Source of the DNA: Alphaproteobacteria bacterium
Lineage (GTDB): Bacteria > Pseudomonadota > Alphaproteobacteria > CAAHEQ01 > UBA3637
Assembly (NCBI GenBank): GCA_900772625.1
Contig: CAAHEQ010000025.1
Span: 1-41,982 of the forward strand
DNA: 41,982 nucleotides
Direction: 5' to 3'
The translations under genes were made by a program, and so were the position numbers. The notes under the pieces are model-generated. The model was not told where the DNA came from, did not search any database, and was given only the letters and a program-made list of their open reading frames with translations. Every line of letters begins with the position of its first letter. Positions within the stretch are counted from its first letter, which is position 1. This document shows positions 31,491 to 39,285 of the stretch, piece by piece.

Positions 31491-32747
31491 ATGTTTGATT
31501 TTGATAATATCTACAGTGAAGATGATTTGCTTGAACTTAAAGAGCAGGGCGCAAGCCGCGAGGAGCTTTTAAAAGCGTATGCGATGATTCCACAAAACAA
31601 TCGCCGCAAAGAGCGTCTTGCTAATCAAGAGCGCAAACAAGCCCAAGAAAAAATCTTGGCGGCGCGCGTTTTTTCAACAATGTATCCAAAGAATTGGGAA
31701 GCAATTTATTTACAAGATGTTGAAGAGCTGGTGCGCAAAGGTGCTGATATCGAAGCAAAGGACGTTTTTGGCTCGACAGCCCTTAAAAACGCCGTGCAAG
31801 CAAATCGCCCTGATTTGGTAGCTTTCTTTATTAAAAAGGGTGCAAATGTCAACACGCAAGATAACAGCTCGGTGACGCCACTGATGGCGGCAGCCGATAA
31901 GCCAGATGGGCTTGCAATGGCTTTACAGTTGCTCAAAAACGGAGCTAAAGTCGATGCAACAGATGTTTTCGGTTATACCGCATTAAGCGCGGCAACCACA
32001 AATGAAATGCGTTTTTTATTGATTAAGCACGGCGCGAAAGTCAATGTACCAAGTAAACTTGTCCGTGGGCAAACAGTCTTGATGACAGTCATTGGCGGCA
32101 AAAATCAAACATCCAACAGATTGACAGAAATAATGATTGCAAAAGGTGCTGATGTGAATGCGCAAGACAATAACGGTCTGACGCCACTGCACTATGCGTG
32201 CGGTGCGGGCAAAGAGATGACAGAGACGCTTTTGAAAGCCAAAGCGAACCCAAACATTCAAAACAAAAAAGGTCAAACGCCACTGATGTATCAAATCCGC
32301 ACGCGTTCAAAGGAAGAAATGGCAACTTTGCTGGCTCATGGTGCAAACGTAAATGCAAAAGACGGCTTTGGGCGCACAGCTTTGATGTACGCGGCTCAAG
32401 TTGGGTTAAAGGACAAGGTTGCATTCTTGCTTGAAAAAGGGGCTAATCCGCTCTTTTTTGATCGTTCAGGTCACACAGCGTTATCGCTTGTCACACATAA
32501 CAAAGAAAACCAACCGTTGATTAAATTGTTGGAAGAGGCTACGAAAATGAGCTATGCCGCATCGCAGATGCTGGTCGGCCAGTTTGAAGAGCGCAGCCAA
32601 AAGGCCTCAGAGATTTTGGAAGTCAATAATCATAAATTGCGCCGTGCCTTGTTTATGGGCGTTTCGCACACAATGCCAATTAATGTGAACAGGTGGCAAA
32701 GGCAACGGCAAATAAATTACGACCTCTTATCAAAAGAGCGTGATTAA
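31491..32747 (+). CDS. ankyrin-repeat protein (~8 ANK repeats)
   Basis: Repeated 33-aa units carrying G.TPL/G.TAL motifs (GSTALKNAV, VTPLMAAA, GYTALSAA, GLTPLHYACGAG, GQTPLMY, GRTALMYAAQVG, GHTALSL). Confidence 0.9.
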   Translation: MFDFDNIYSEDDLLELKEQGASREELLKAYAMIPQNNRRKERLANQERKQAQEKILAARVFSTMYPKNWEAIYLQDVEELVRKGADIEAKDVFGSTALKNAVQANRPDLVAFFIKKGANVNTQDNSSVTPLMAAADKPDGLAMALQLLKNGAKVDATDVFGYTALSAATTNEMRFLLIKHGAKVNVPSKLVRGQTVLMTVIGGKNQTSNRLTEIMIAKGADVNAQDNNGLTPLHYACGAGKEMTETLLKAKANPNIQNKKGQTPLMYQIRTRSKEEMATLLAHGANVNAKDGFGRTALMYAAQVGLKDKVAFLLEKGANPLFFDRSGHTALSLVTHNKENQPLIKLLEEATKMSYAASQMLVGQFEERSQKASEILEVNNHKLRRALFMGVSHTMPINVNRWQRQRQINYDLLSKERD

Positions 32748-32766
32748 GAAAAACGCGAAAAAGATA

Positions 32767-32802
32767 AACGGCGAAAGTTAAAATCAAGAAGCTTTCGCCG
32801 TT
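32767..32802. terminator. bidirectional hairpin terminator between convergent genes
   Basis: 11-bp stem AACGGCGAAAG / CTTTCGCCGTT with a 14-nt loop. There is a T-rich tract on the minus side and GTTTGTT on the plus side. The stop of the 112-aa gene lies in the loop. Confidence 0.65.
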
Positions 32803-33122
32803 GTTTGTTCCAATTCAAAAGCTGGCAATTGTGGCGTCACGACCACAGGCAAAAAGTAATCTGAAATGACAGTTTGAGTATGTGTATCGACTTCAAAAAG
32901 CAATACTTTGCCGCCTTGACGCAAAACAATTTTGGCCGCATCGTTTAAGTAATCCAAAATAAAAGGTTCTTCAGGGCGTCTGTAAAGCAATGCGTGATCA
33001 CCGCCGTCATATAAGATTTTTGGCGTTGCGTGTGGCAACCCTTGTATCGCAGGGATGACAATGATTAACATTCCTGTTTCACTGATAAAGCAAGTATATT
33101 GTTTTAATTGGTTGATAATCAT
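32784..33122 (-). CDS. small acidic cytoplasmic protein, unknown function
   Basis: 112 aa. Its ATG overlaps the stop of the upstream gene (ATGA at 33119-33122). No TM and no recognised motif; by hand count, 12 acidic versus 8 basic residues. Confidence 0.6.
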   Translation of the reverse strand: MIINQLKQYTCFISETGMLIIVIPAIQGLPHATPKILYDGGDHALLYRRPEEPFILDYLNDAAKIVLRQGGKVLLFEVDTHTQTVISDYFLPVVVTPQLPAFELEQTTAKAS

Positions 33123-34282
33123 CGCGCACTCCTTATGTCTTTAGCAATCAAGGCTGCATCTATGCCAAGCGATGCCGCTGTGCCAGGACCAGGGAAGCAA
33201 CTTGCAACGCCCGATGACAACTCCATTCCTGCGCCCGTCCAGTCGCCATCCATAGCACGAGTCGTTGCAAAGACTGCGCCACAGACCGCTCCGATGACGG
33301 GGATTTTCTTTGCGCCCGTTTTCAGCGCCGCTTTTGTCGCAATTTTAGCCCCCGTTTTTTGAGCCGTTTTTTCGCTGATTTGCTTAACCAGCTTGTTGGA
33401 TAGCGGTAGCCGTTTGGCTGTTTGCTCGGCAACTTTCGAGGCTTCTTGCGCGGCCGTTTTAACCGCAGGTATTGCCACTTTGGCGGCTTCTTGTGTCACC
33501 ACTTTAGACGGCGCCGCGGCCGATTTCACGGTTTCTTGTAATGTGGATTTTGTTGCGGGTGCTGCCGCTTTCGTGGCCCCTTGCGTCATCGTCTTGGCTG
33601 CACTTGTCTCTGCTTTTGCCGTGGATGAAGCTGTCTTAGCACTCTTTTCGGCCAAAGCTGCGGCTTTGTCTTGCGCTTTCGTATTCTTGTAATCGTTCCA
33701 CGCGCGCTTATATGTATCAATCCGCTCCTTCATCGAAATATGCGTTTTGCTTTTTTCCGCTGCCTCGGCCGCTTTTTGAGTATGCTCATCCAAAAATGAT
33801 ACAAAATTATGATTCAATTTGGCAGGCAAGCCATTGCTCATACGTTTAATCATCTCGGGATTATTTTTGATGTACTTTTCGGCGGTATAGAGCGGGCTTT
33901 GTCTACGGATAAAGTGCTCGATAGCCTGTTCGCGGATTTTTTCGGGAACATTCGCTTTTGTCATCTGACGCCCGAACAGTGACGCTTGCCGCAAGGCGAT
34001 GTTTTGTAGATATTTAATATGCCCGTCCGTCCACTGCTTAGCTCCCACAGCAAAACCCGAGCATAAAACCGCCGCAGGTAAGTCGAATGCAAAGTTCATG
34101 GGAATGCTTAAGCCTCCGACAACGCCCACCGCGACAAGCGTATATTTTACAAACTTGTTCGCCATAGGCCATGCTTTGTTGCCAAGCTTGTTGCGTGCTT
34201 TTGCGAATGCCGAGCCTTTGAGCCCCGTGGCGCAATAGTCTTCGACAAGTTTGACTACATAAGGATCCGTTGGTGTTTTCAT
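33119..34282 (-). CDS. unknown membrane/repeat protein (388 aa)
   Basis: The start was chosen at ATG 34282: AAGGGGA SD upstream, and the promoter at 34305-34333 excludes the track start at 34357. It has an N-terminal paired hydrophobic segment, four ~15-aa Ala/Lys/Thr/Gln repeats, and a C-terminal Gly/Ala-rich hydrophobic pair. Confidence 0.65.
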   Translation of the reverse strand: MKTPTDPYVVKLVEDYCATGLKGSAFAKARNKLGNKAWPMANKFVKYTLVAVGVVGGLSIPMNFAFDLPAAVLCSGFAVGAKQWTDGHIKYLQNIALRQASLFGRQMTKANVPEKIREQAIEHFIRRQSPLYTAEKYIKNNPEMIKRMSNGLPAKLNHNFVSFLDEHTQKAAEAAEKSKTHISMKERIDTYKRAWNDYKNTKAQDKAAALAEKSAKTASSTAKAETSAAKTMTQGATKAAAPATKSTLQETVKSAAAPSKVVTQEAAKVAIPAVKTAAQEASKVAEQTAKRLPLSNKLVKQISEKTAQKTGAKIATKAALKTGAKKIPVIGAVCGAVFATTRAMDGDWTGAGMELSSGVASCFPGPGTAASLGIDAALIAKDIRSAR

Positions 34283-34304
34283 TTTTCTATCCCCTTTTAA
34301 TTGA

Positions 34305-34333
34305 ATTATAACATAAAATAAAATCGAATGCAA
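34305..34333 (-). promoter_or_regulatory. near-consensus sigma70 promoter of the 388-aa/112-aa operon
   Basis: Minus strand reads TTGCAT, 17-nt spacer, TATAAT preceded by TGT (extended -10). It lies 23 nt upstream of ATG 34282. Confidence 0.65.
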
Positions 34334-34351
34334 ATTTTTTATAAAAAGTAC

Positions 34352-34380
34352 TTGCAAAAGTTTAACGACTGTGTTATAAG
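34352..34380 (+). promoter_or_regulatory. sigma70-like promoter of tRNA-Val
   Basis: TTGCAA, 17-nt spacer, TATAAG preceded by TGT. The -10 ends 19 nt before the tRNA 5' end. Confidence 0.55.
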
Positions 34381-34399
34381 AGTTTTGCTTTTAACAAAA

Positions 34400-34476
34400 G
34401 GGTGTGTAGCTCAGGTGGTTAGAGCGTTACGTTGACATCGTAAAGGTCAGAGGTTCGAGTCCTCTTACACCCACCA
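34400..34476 (+). tRNA. tRNA-Val (anticodon GAC), CCA-encoded
   Basis: Hand-folded cloverleaf: acceptor GGGTGTG/TACACCC, D arm GCTC-AGGTGGTTA-GAGC, anticodon arm TTACG-TTGACAT-CGTAA, T arm AGAGG-TTCGAGT-CCTCT, then ACCA. Confidence 0.9.
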
Positions 34477-34481
34477 ATTTT

Positions 34482-34515
34482 AAAACTGGAACGTTTTTTC
34501 CAGTTTTTATTTTTA
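34482..34515 (+). terminator. rho-independent terminator after tRNA-Val
   Basis: AAAACTGGAA-CGTTTT-TTCCAGTTTT, followed by TATTTTTAT. Confidence 0.75.
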
Positions 34516-34638
34516 TCCGCCACGTCCCATCTCTTTGCAACTTTTTTGTGTGCAGGCGATCGTTTTTTCAAAAAAATCCTTGTGGGTCAGTCGAAAAACG
34601 TGTAGGCTTCTTTTGAGCTAAAATACAAAGGAGGGAGA

Positions 34639-34965
34639 ATGCAAGAACTTAAAAACAATCCAACACTCAAGGATTTTCAAAACTATGTGGCGCAAATGAA
34701 AGTGGAACGTGGTTTTAATACCACAGATAAGTTTTACGAATGCTGTTTGCTTGCCGAAGAATGCGGCGAGGTCATTTCGTCCGTGCGCAAAAATAACAAA
34801 GGCGGTTCGGTTGGCGATAACTCCAAAGTCGGCAATGTTGCTTTGGAATTGGCCGATTTGTTTATGTATGTGTGTTCGCTTGCCAATATGCACGGCGTTG
34901 ATTTAGAGCAAGCCTTTCGCCAAAAAGAACAAATCAATGCAACGCGCACGTGGAAGCGTCTTTAA
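34639..34965 (+). CDS. MazG-like all-alpha nucleoside triphosphate pyrophosphohydrolase
   Basis: 108 aa. AAGGAGGGA SD. EExGE-type motif LLAEECGEV and a second metal motif, LELADLFMY. Confidence 0.8.
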   Translation: MQELKNNPTLKDFQNYVAQMKVERGFNTTDKFYECCLLAEECGEVISSVRKNNKGGSVGDNSKVGNVALELADLFMYVCSLANMHGVDLEQAFRQKEQINATRTWKRL

Positions 34966-34981
34966 GACAAAGGAGGAAGGA

Positions 34982-36058
34982 ATGCAAAAGCTTTTGAAAC
35001 CTAAGGCCTTGAAGCAGGGCGATAAAGTTGCAAGTGTTTCTCTGTCGTGGGGAGGCGCGGGCGTGTTTCGGGCTTTTTATCAAAAAGCCAAAAAACAATT
35101 CGAAACGACATTTGATGTGCGCCTTGTCGAAATGCCGCACACGCTGGACACTCCGCAAGAGCTTTACGATAACCCCGCGTATCGGCTTGATGATTTAATG
35201 CAAGCGTTTTTGGACCCGTCTGTGCGGGCGATCTTGTGCACGATTGGCGGAGATGATACGATCCGCCTGTTGTCCCACATGACGGACAAGCATTTTGACA
35301 TCATACGCAAAAATCCGAAAATATTTTTGGGAATGTCGGATACGACAGTCAATCATTTTATGTGCTTGAAAGCAGGGCTTTCATCATTCTATGGCCCAAG
35401 CCTGATGTATGGTTATGCTGAGCCAGACGGCGTGCCCGAGCTCACGCGCCTCAATACTTTGCAAACGCTTTTTAACGCGCAGCCCATAGGCATATTGCAA
35501 GAAAGCCAAACTTATCGGGTCGAGCGCTTTGATTGGGCGCAAGATAATCCGCAAACGCCCGCAAAGCTTTCCTCTCCTCACTCCAAATATATTCAGGGAC
35601 GTAAAAGCGCGACAGGCCGTCTTATCGGCGGTTGTATGGAAGTTTTAAATATGATTAACGGCACCCCTTTGTGGCCGAACTTGGATCAATGGCAAGACAC
35701 GATTTTGTTTCTCGAAACAAGCGAAGAAATGCCGCCTGCGTCACAACTGTTGTACTTTTTAAGAAATCTCGGGGCTCAGGGCGTTTTGGATAAACTGCAA
35801 GGGATTTTATTTGCACGCCCTGGTGGCGATTTTGCCCCCGATCAGCAGCAAGAGCAAGCTCAGTGGTTGGCACATTTTGGGGACTATGATAAAGCGTTGT
35901 TGCAAGCGTTGGCAGAATTCGAACGATCCGATATACCTGTTGTCACGCATATGGATTTTGGGCATACGGTGCCGCAAAATATTTTGCCCTATGGGGTGTT
36001 GTGCGAAATTGATCCCGTTCAAAAACGGGTTGCAATTTTGGAAAGTGCGGTCGTTTAA
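34982..36058 (+). CDS. S66 peptidase, LD-carboxypeptidase/MccF-like
   Basis: AAGGAGGAAGGA SD before ATG 34982 (the track ORF starts at 34937). Nucleophile motif FLGMSDTT, GRLIGGC, and the His motif HMDFGHTVP. Its 358-aa length and central insert fit the MccF-like subgroup. Confidence 0.8.
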   Translation: MQKLLKPKALKQGDKVASVSLSWGGAGVFRAFYQKAKKQFETTFDVRLVEMPHTLDTPQELYDNPAYRLDDLMQAFLDPSVRAILCTIGGDDTIRLLSHMTDKHFDIIRKNPKIFLGMSDTTVNHFMCLKAGLSSFYGPSLMYGYAEPDGVPELTRLNTLQTLFNAQPIGILQESQTYRVERFDWAQDNPQTPAKLSSPHSKYIQGRKSATGRLIGGCMEVLNMINGTPLWPNLDQWQDTILFLETSEEMPPASQLLYFLRNLGAQGVLDKLQGILFARPGGDFAPDQQQEQAQWLAHFGDYDKALLQALAEFERSDIPVVTHMDFGHTVPQNILPYGVLCEIDPVQKRVAILESAVV

Positions 36059-36597
36059 AAAGCGATCAAATCGGTGTTGGCAAACTTGCGAGGAACGTAA
36101 TCGCTCCAATACTTGCGTCCGTCAAATGGTTGGGTTGGATTTTCTTTGTAATAAGTCGCCATACGGATAAAGCCACCGTGCGTGACGGCCAAAATACAAG
36201 AGGGTGAATGAGCATATTCATCTATAAAGTCTTTTGTGCGCGCAAAGGCTTGCCATGGCGCTTCGGCCTCTATCAACTCTGGTTTCGTGTGGTACTTAAG
36301 CCAAATCTCGTCTGTTAAGTCTTTGGACAGCACGCCTTCGATTTGTCCATATTTAAACTCGCGCAAACGCGTATCAAGCGTGATTTGCAGCTTCAAATGC
36401 GTGTTGATAATCTGCGCCGTTTCCAAGGCACGGCTTAAATCGGATGAAATAATCCGATCAATTTTTAAATCCGTCAATTTAGGTGCAATCAGCCGCGCTT
36501 GCTCTTTGCCCGTCTCATTCAAGGGAATGTCCGATTGCCCTTGAATCTTGTGTTCGATATTCCAATTCGTTTGACCATGCCTGACAAAGTAAATCAT
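36055..36597 (-). CDS. histidine phosphatase family protein (GpmB/PhoE-like)
   Basis: MIYFVRHGQTNWN, SDLSRALETA and VTHGG. ATGA overlap with the upstream Nudix gene; the track start at 36648 was rejected. Confidence 0.85.
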   Translation of the reverse strand: MIYFVRHGQTNWNIEHKIQGQSDIPLNETGKEQARLIAPKLTDLKIDRIISSDLSRALETAQIINTHLKLQITLDTRLREFKYGQIEGVLSKDLTDEIWLKYHTKPELIEAEAPWQAFARTKDFIDEYAHSPSCILAVTHGGFIRMATYYKENPTQPFDGRKYWSDYVPRKFANTDLIAF

Positions 36598-37301
36598 TGT
36601 TGTGCGCCTTTGCTTTGAGTGCTTTGTAATCGTCTGTTTAATTCCCATAGCGCGATTTTGTGCAAATCATATCGGTACAATATTGTCGCCGTGTGATAGG
36701 GCAGCCATTTAAAATCTGCATGCTCGCTCGATAAGTGAATGTCAAGCCCCGTGGCATCTACACCAAAGCAGGACTCGGGGATTAGCAAAGCTTGACCTTG
36801 ATAGGTCGGATCAATCCATTCGGCGGGCGTGTTAGCACAGGCTGTCAGCTCGATAAAATGTGCTTTGTCGGGGGTAATGCCAGCTTCTTCAAATGTCTCG
36901 CGCATAGCCGCTGTAAGTGGCGTTTCTGTCGCCTCTACACCTCCCGTGATTGCTGCCCAGTATACATCACCGTTGCATAGAAAGCAACCATATAAAAACT
37001 CCCCCTTTTCTGTGCGTTGATAAGGAATGACGACCACTTCGGCAGGCAGACTTTTGTCATTACCTTTAACGCCAAAAACAAGCTTGAAATTGGGTCGGGA
37101 CTTTTTGCACCATTCAACTCCTTTTTTCGAGACAACCAGCACGCGCCATCCAATCCACAGCCGAAAATAATAAGCTTTATCTTTCAGCTTGACTTTGGCT
37201 TTGCATCGCCTCTCTGTGCCGTTAGGCATTTCTATTTCAACGCTTCGCCCCAGTCCAAAGCGGTTGTTATCAAAGTCAATGCCGTACTCAATATATATCA
37301 T
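36594..37301 (-). CDS. Nudix hydrolase with an ~90-aa N-terminal domain of unknown function
   Basis: Nudix box GGVEATETPLTAAMRETFEEAGI. No in-frame Met lies between the ATG at 37301 and the Nudix fold. Confidence 0.75.
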   Translation of the reverse strand: MIYIEYGIDFDNNRFGLGRSVEIEMPNGTERRCKAKVKLKDKAYYFRLWIGWRVLVVSKKGVEWCKKSRPNFKLVFGVKGNDKSLPAEVVVIPYQRTEKGEFLYGCFLCNGDVYWAAITGGVEATETPLTAAMRETFEEAGITPDKAHFIELTACANTPAEWIDPTYQGQALLIPESCFGVDATGLDIHLSSEHADFKWLPYHTATILYRYDLHKIALWELNRRLQSTQSKGAQQ

Positions 37302-37317
37302 ATCCCAAGTTCCTTAA

Positions 37318-37354
37318 ATACAAAAACGCCCACTTGCGTTTGCGCAAATGGGCG
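37318..37354 (-). terminator. rho-independent terminator of thrS
   Basis: 12-bp stem CGCCCATTTGCG/CGCAAGTGGGCG (one mismatch), followed on the minus strand by TTTTTGTATTT. Confidence 0.75.
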
Positions 37355-37368
37355 CTGAGATTTGCTTG

Positions 37369-39129
37369 TTATTTCCAAAGTTGCAAAGATTTAGATTCGT
37401 CAATATAACGAACGTTTTCAATGAACTCGTCAATGTTCAAGCCGCCTTTTTGATTGTTTTGACGGTCGCGAACAGAAATCGTTCCGCTTTCAAGTTCCTT
37501 ATCGCCCAAGATAATTGCGTAAGGAATCTTTTGCTCGTGCGCGGCGCGGATTTGATAACCGATTGTATTCGATTGACGCTCCATTTCTGCGCGAATGCCT
37601 GCGTTTTGGAGCTTTTCAACTAAAGCCGCTCCAGCTTCGCGGTGTTTGTCGGAAACAGGCAATACACGGACTTGAACAGGCGCAATCCATACAGGGAAAG
37701 AACCCGCAAAGTGCTCTGTAATCACGCCAAAGAATCTTTCCAACGAACCGTACAAAACGCGGTGAATAACGACAGGTGTTTTTTCCTTGCCGTCTTTGTC
37801 AACATACTTGCAGCCAAAGCGTTCCGCTAATTGGAAATCCAATTGGAAAGTACCTGTTTGCCATTCACGACCCAAGGCATCTTTCATTTGAATGTCGACC
37901 TTTGGACCATAGAAAGCACCGTCTTTGTCTTTAATTTCATAGTTGCCAGCACCACATTTTTTATCCAAAATACGGCGCAAAGCGGCTTCGGCTCTGTTCC
38001 AAGTTTCAACATCTCCGATGAAATCATCTGGACGAGTAGAAAGTTTCATTTGATACTTCAGTCCGAACAAGTTATAAAATTGATCGGCCAAAGCGAACAA
38101 ACGTTCATACTCTTCTTCAATTTGTTCTTCTGTAATGAAAATATGCGCATCGTCTTGATGGAACTCACGAACGCGGAACATACCGTTTAATGCGCCCGAT
38201 GCTTCGTTGCGGTGAATCATATCAACGTCCGAGAAACGAATAGGCAAATCCGCATACGAGCGTGTCTTCAAGTTAAACAACAACATAGTTGCAGGGCAGC
38301 TCATTGGCTTTAATGCATAAACTTCATTTTCTGGCATTTCGTTGGCTGTCAGCAAGTACATATCATCTTTATAATGATCCCAGTGACCCGAGATTTCCCA
38401 CAGTTGACGCGAGTTCATCAGGGGACCTGCAAACTCTAAATAGCCCGCTTTTTCGTGTTCTTTACGCCAATAATCCAACAAGATGTTGTACATCTTTAAG
38501 CCCTTTGGCAACCAATAAGGGCAACCTGGAGCAGTTGGGTCAAAGTGGAATAACTCAAGCAATTTCCCGATTTTGCGGTGGTCGCGCTTTTTGGCTTCTT
38601 CAATCATATTTAAATAATCTTCAAGCTCTTTTTTCGATGCAAAAGCTGTGCCATAAATGCGTGTCAGCATCTTATTGTTCGAATCACCGTGCCAGTATGC
38701 ACCTGCGACCGACAAAAGCTTGAAAGCCTTAATGTCCGAAACCCAACCAACGTGAGGGCCACAGCACAAGTCAACAAACTTGTCGCCTGTCCAATAAACT
38801 GAGGCTTGCTCGCCACGCTTTTCAATTTCGTTAATCCAATCTTGCTTGTATTCGTTGCCTTTAAATAAATCGCGTGCTTCGGCAATCGAGATTTCCTTGC
38901 GTGTCAGGGGCACGCGCGAGTCAATAATCTTTTTCATTTGCGCTTCGATTTTTGGCAAGTCGTCTGTGGAAATAGAAACGCCCTCAGGCAATTCAAAATC
39001 GCCATAAAAGCCGTCTTTTGTGGCTGGCCCCATCGCCATTTTGACGCCAGGGTACAAATCATACATCGCTTGAGCCAATACGTGTTGGCAAGAATGGCGC
39101 ATTGCGCTGATATCAATATCTTTACTCAT
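37369..39129 (-). CDS. thrS: threonine--tRNA ligase lacking the N-terminal TGS domain
   Basis: 586 aa, beginning at the editing-domain motif RHSCQHVLAQA. Also AGAYWHGDSNNKMLTRIYG, KRDHRKIGK, class II motif FRVREFHQDDAH and GAFYGPK. AAGGA lies 9 nt before the ATG. Confidence 0.95.
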   Translation of the reverse strand: MSKDIDISAMRHSCQHVLAQAMYDLYPGVKMAMGPATKDGFYGDFELPEGVSISTDDLPKIEAQMKKIIDSRVPLTRKEISIAEARDLFKGNEYKQDWINEIEKRGEQASVYWTGDKFVDLCCGPHVGWVSDIKAFKLLSVAGAYWHGDSNNKMLTRIYGTAFASKKELEDYLNMIEEAKKRDHRKIGKLLELFHFDPTAPGCPYWLPKGLKMYNILLDYWRKEHEKAGYLEFAGPLMNSRQLWEISGHWDHYKDDMYLLTANEMPENEVYALKPMSCPATMLLFNLKTRSYADLPIRFSDVDMIHRNEASGALNGMFRVREFHQDDAHIFITEEQIEEEYERLFALADQFYNLFGLKYQMKLSTRPDDFIGDVETWNRAEAALRRILDKKCGAGNYEIKDKDGAFYGPKVDIQMKDALGREWQTGTFQLDFQLAERFGCKYVDKDGKEKTPVVIHRVLYGSLERFFGVITEHFAGSFPVWIAPVQVRVLPVSDKHREAGAALVEKLQNAGIRAEMERQSNTIGYQIRAAHEQKIPYAIILGDKELESGTISVRDRQNNQKGGLNIDEFIENVRYIDESKSLQLWK

Positions 39130-39195
39130 TTTATAAAATCCTTATTTTAAAGTATTAAATTGTTTTGTTGAAATTATTTTGTGTATGCGAAATTG

Positions 39196-39211
39196 AACCC
39201 CCTACGGGGTT
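39196..39211 (-). promoter_or_regulatory. leader hairpin AACCCC-GUAG-GGGGUU enclosing the uORF stop codon
   Basis: 6-bp stem (4 GC pairs). The UAG of the leader ORF lies in the tetraloop. It is followed by CAAUUUCG, a poor U-tract. Confidence 0.5.
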
Positions 39212-39258
39212 GTCGTCTTTGTCGTTGTTGTTGTCAAATAAAATAAGTACTTGAACAT
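39202..39258 (-). CDS. putative thrS leader peptide MFKYLFYLTTTTTKTTTP (18 codons)
   Basis: Hand translation of the minus strand: ATG at 39258 with AAGGA 7 nt upstream. Codons 9-17 are ACA ACA ACA ACG ACA AAG ACG ACA ACC, and the TAG stop is at 39204-39202. It lies between the predicted promoter and thrS. Confidence 0.55.
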   Translation of the reverse strand: MFKYLFYLTTTTTKTTTP

Positions 39259-39285
39259 CAATAATTCCTTTTGCTTGTTAAAAGC

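Noticed and set aside
32784-37301. The tRNA-Val-flanked stretch as an integrated mobile element or genomic island
   Set aside because: No integrase, transposase, phage or conjugation gene is present. By eye (not exhaustive) there is no direct repeat of the tRNA 3' end. I report it as accessory-looking only.
39196-39211. The AACCCC/GGGGUU hairpin as the intrinsic terminator of the lemA-TPM operon
   Set aside because: It lies downstream of the predicted thrS promoter and encloses the uORF stop codon, and its U-tract is poor. It is better explained as part of the thrS leader. Read-through from the TPM gene cannot be excluded.
39130-39280. T-box riboswitch or E. coli-type tRNA-mimic operator in the thrS leader
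   Set aside because: The ~150-nt leader is too short and too AT-rich for a T-box, and no T-box consensus or specifier-loop architecture was seen. The only GC hairpin has a GUAG loop, which is not an anticodon-like loop.
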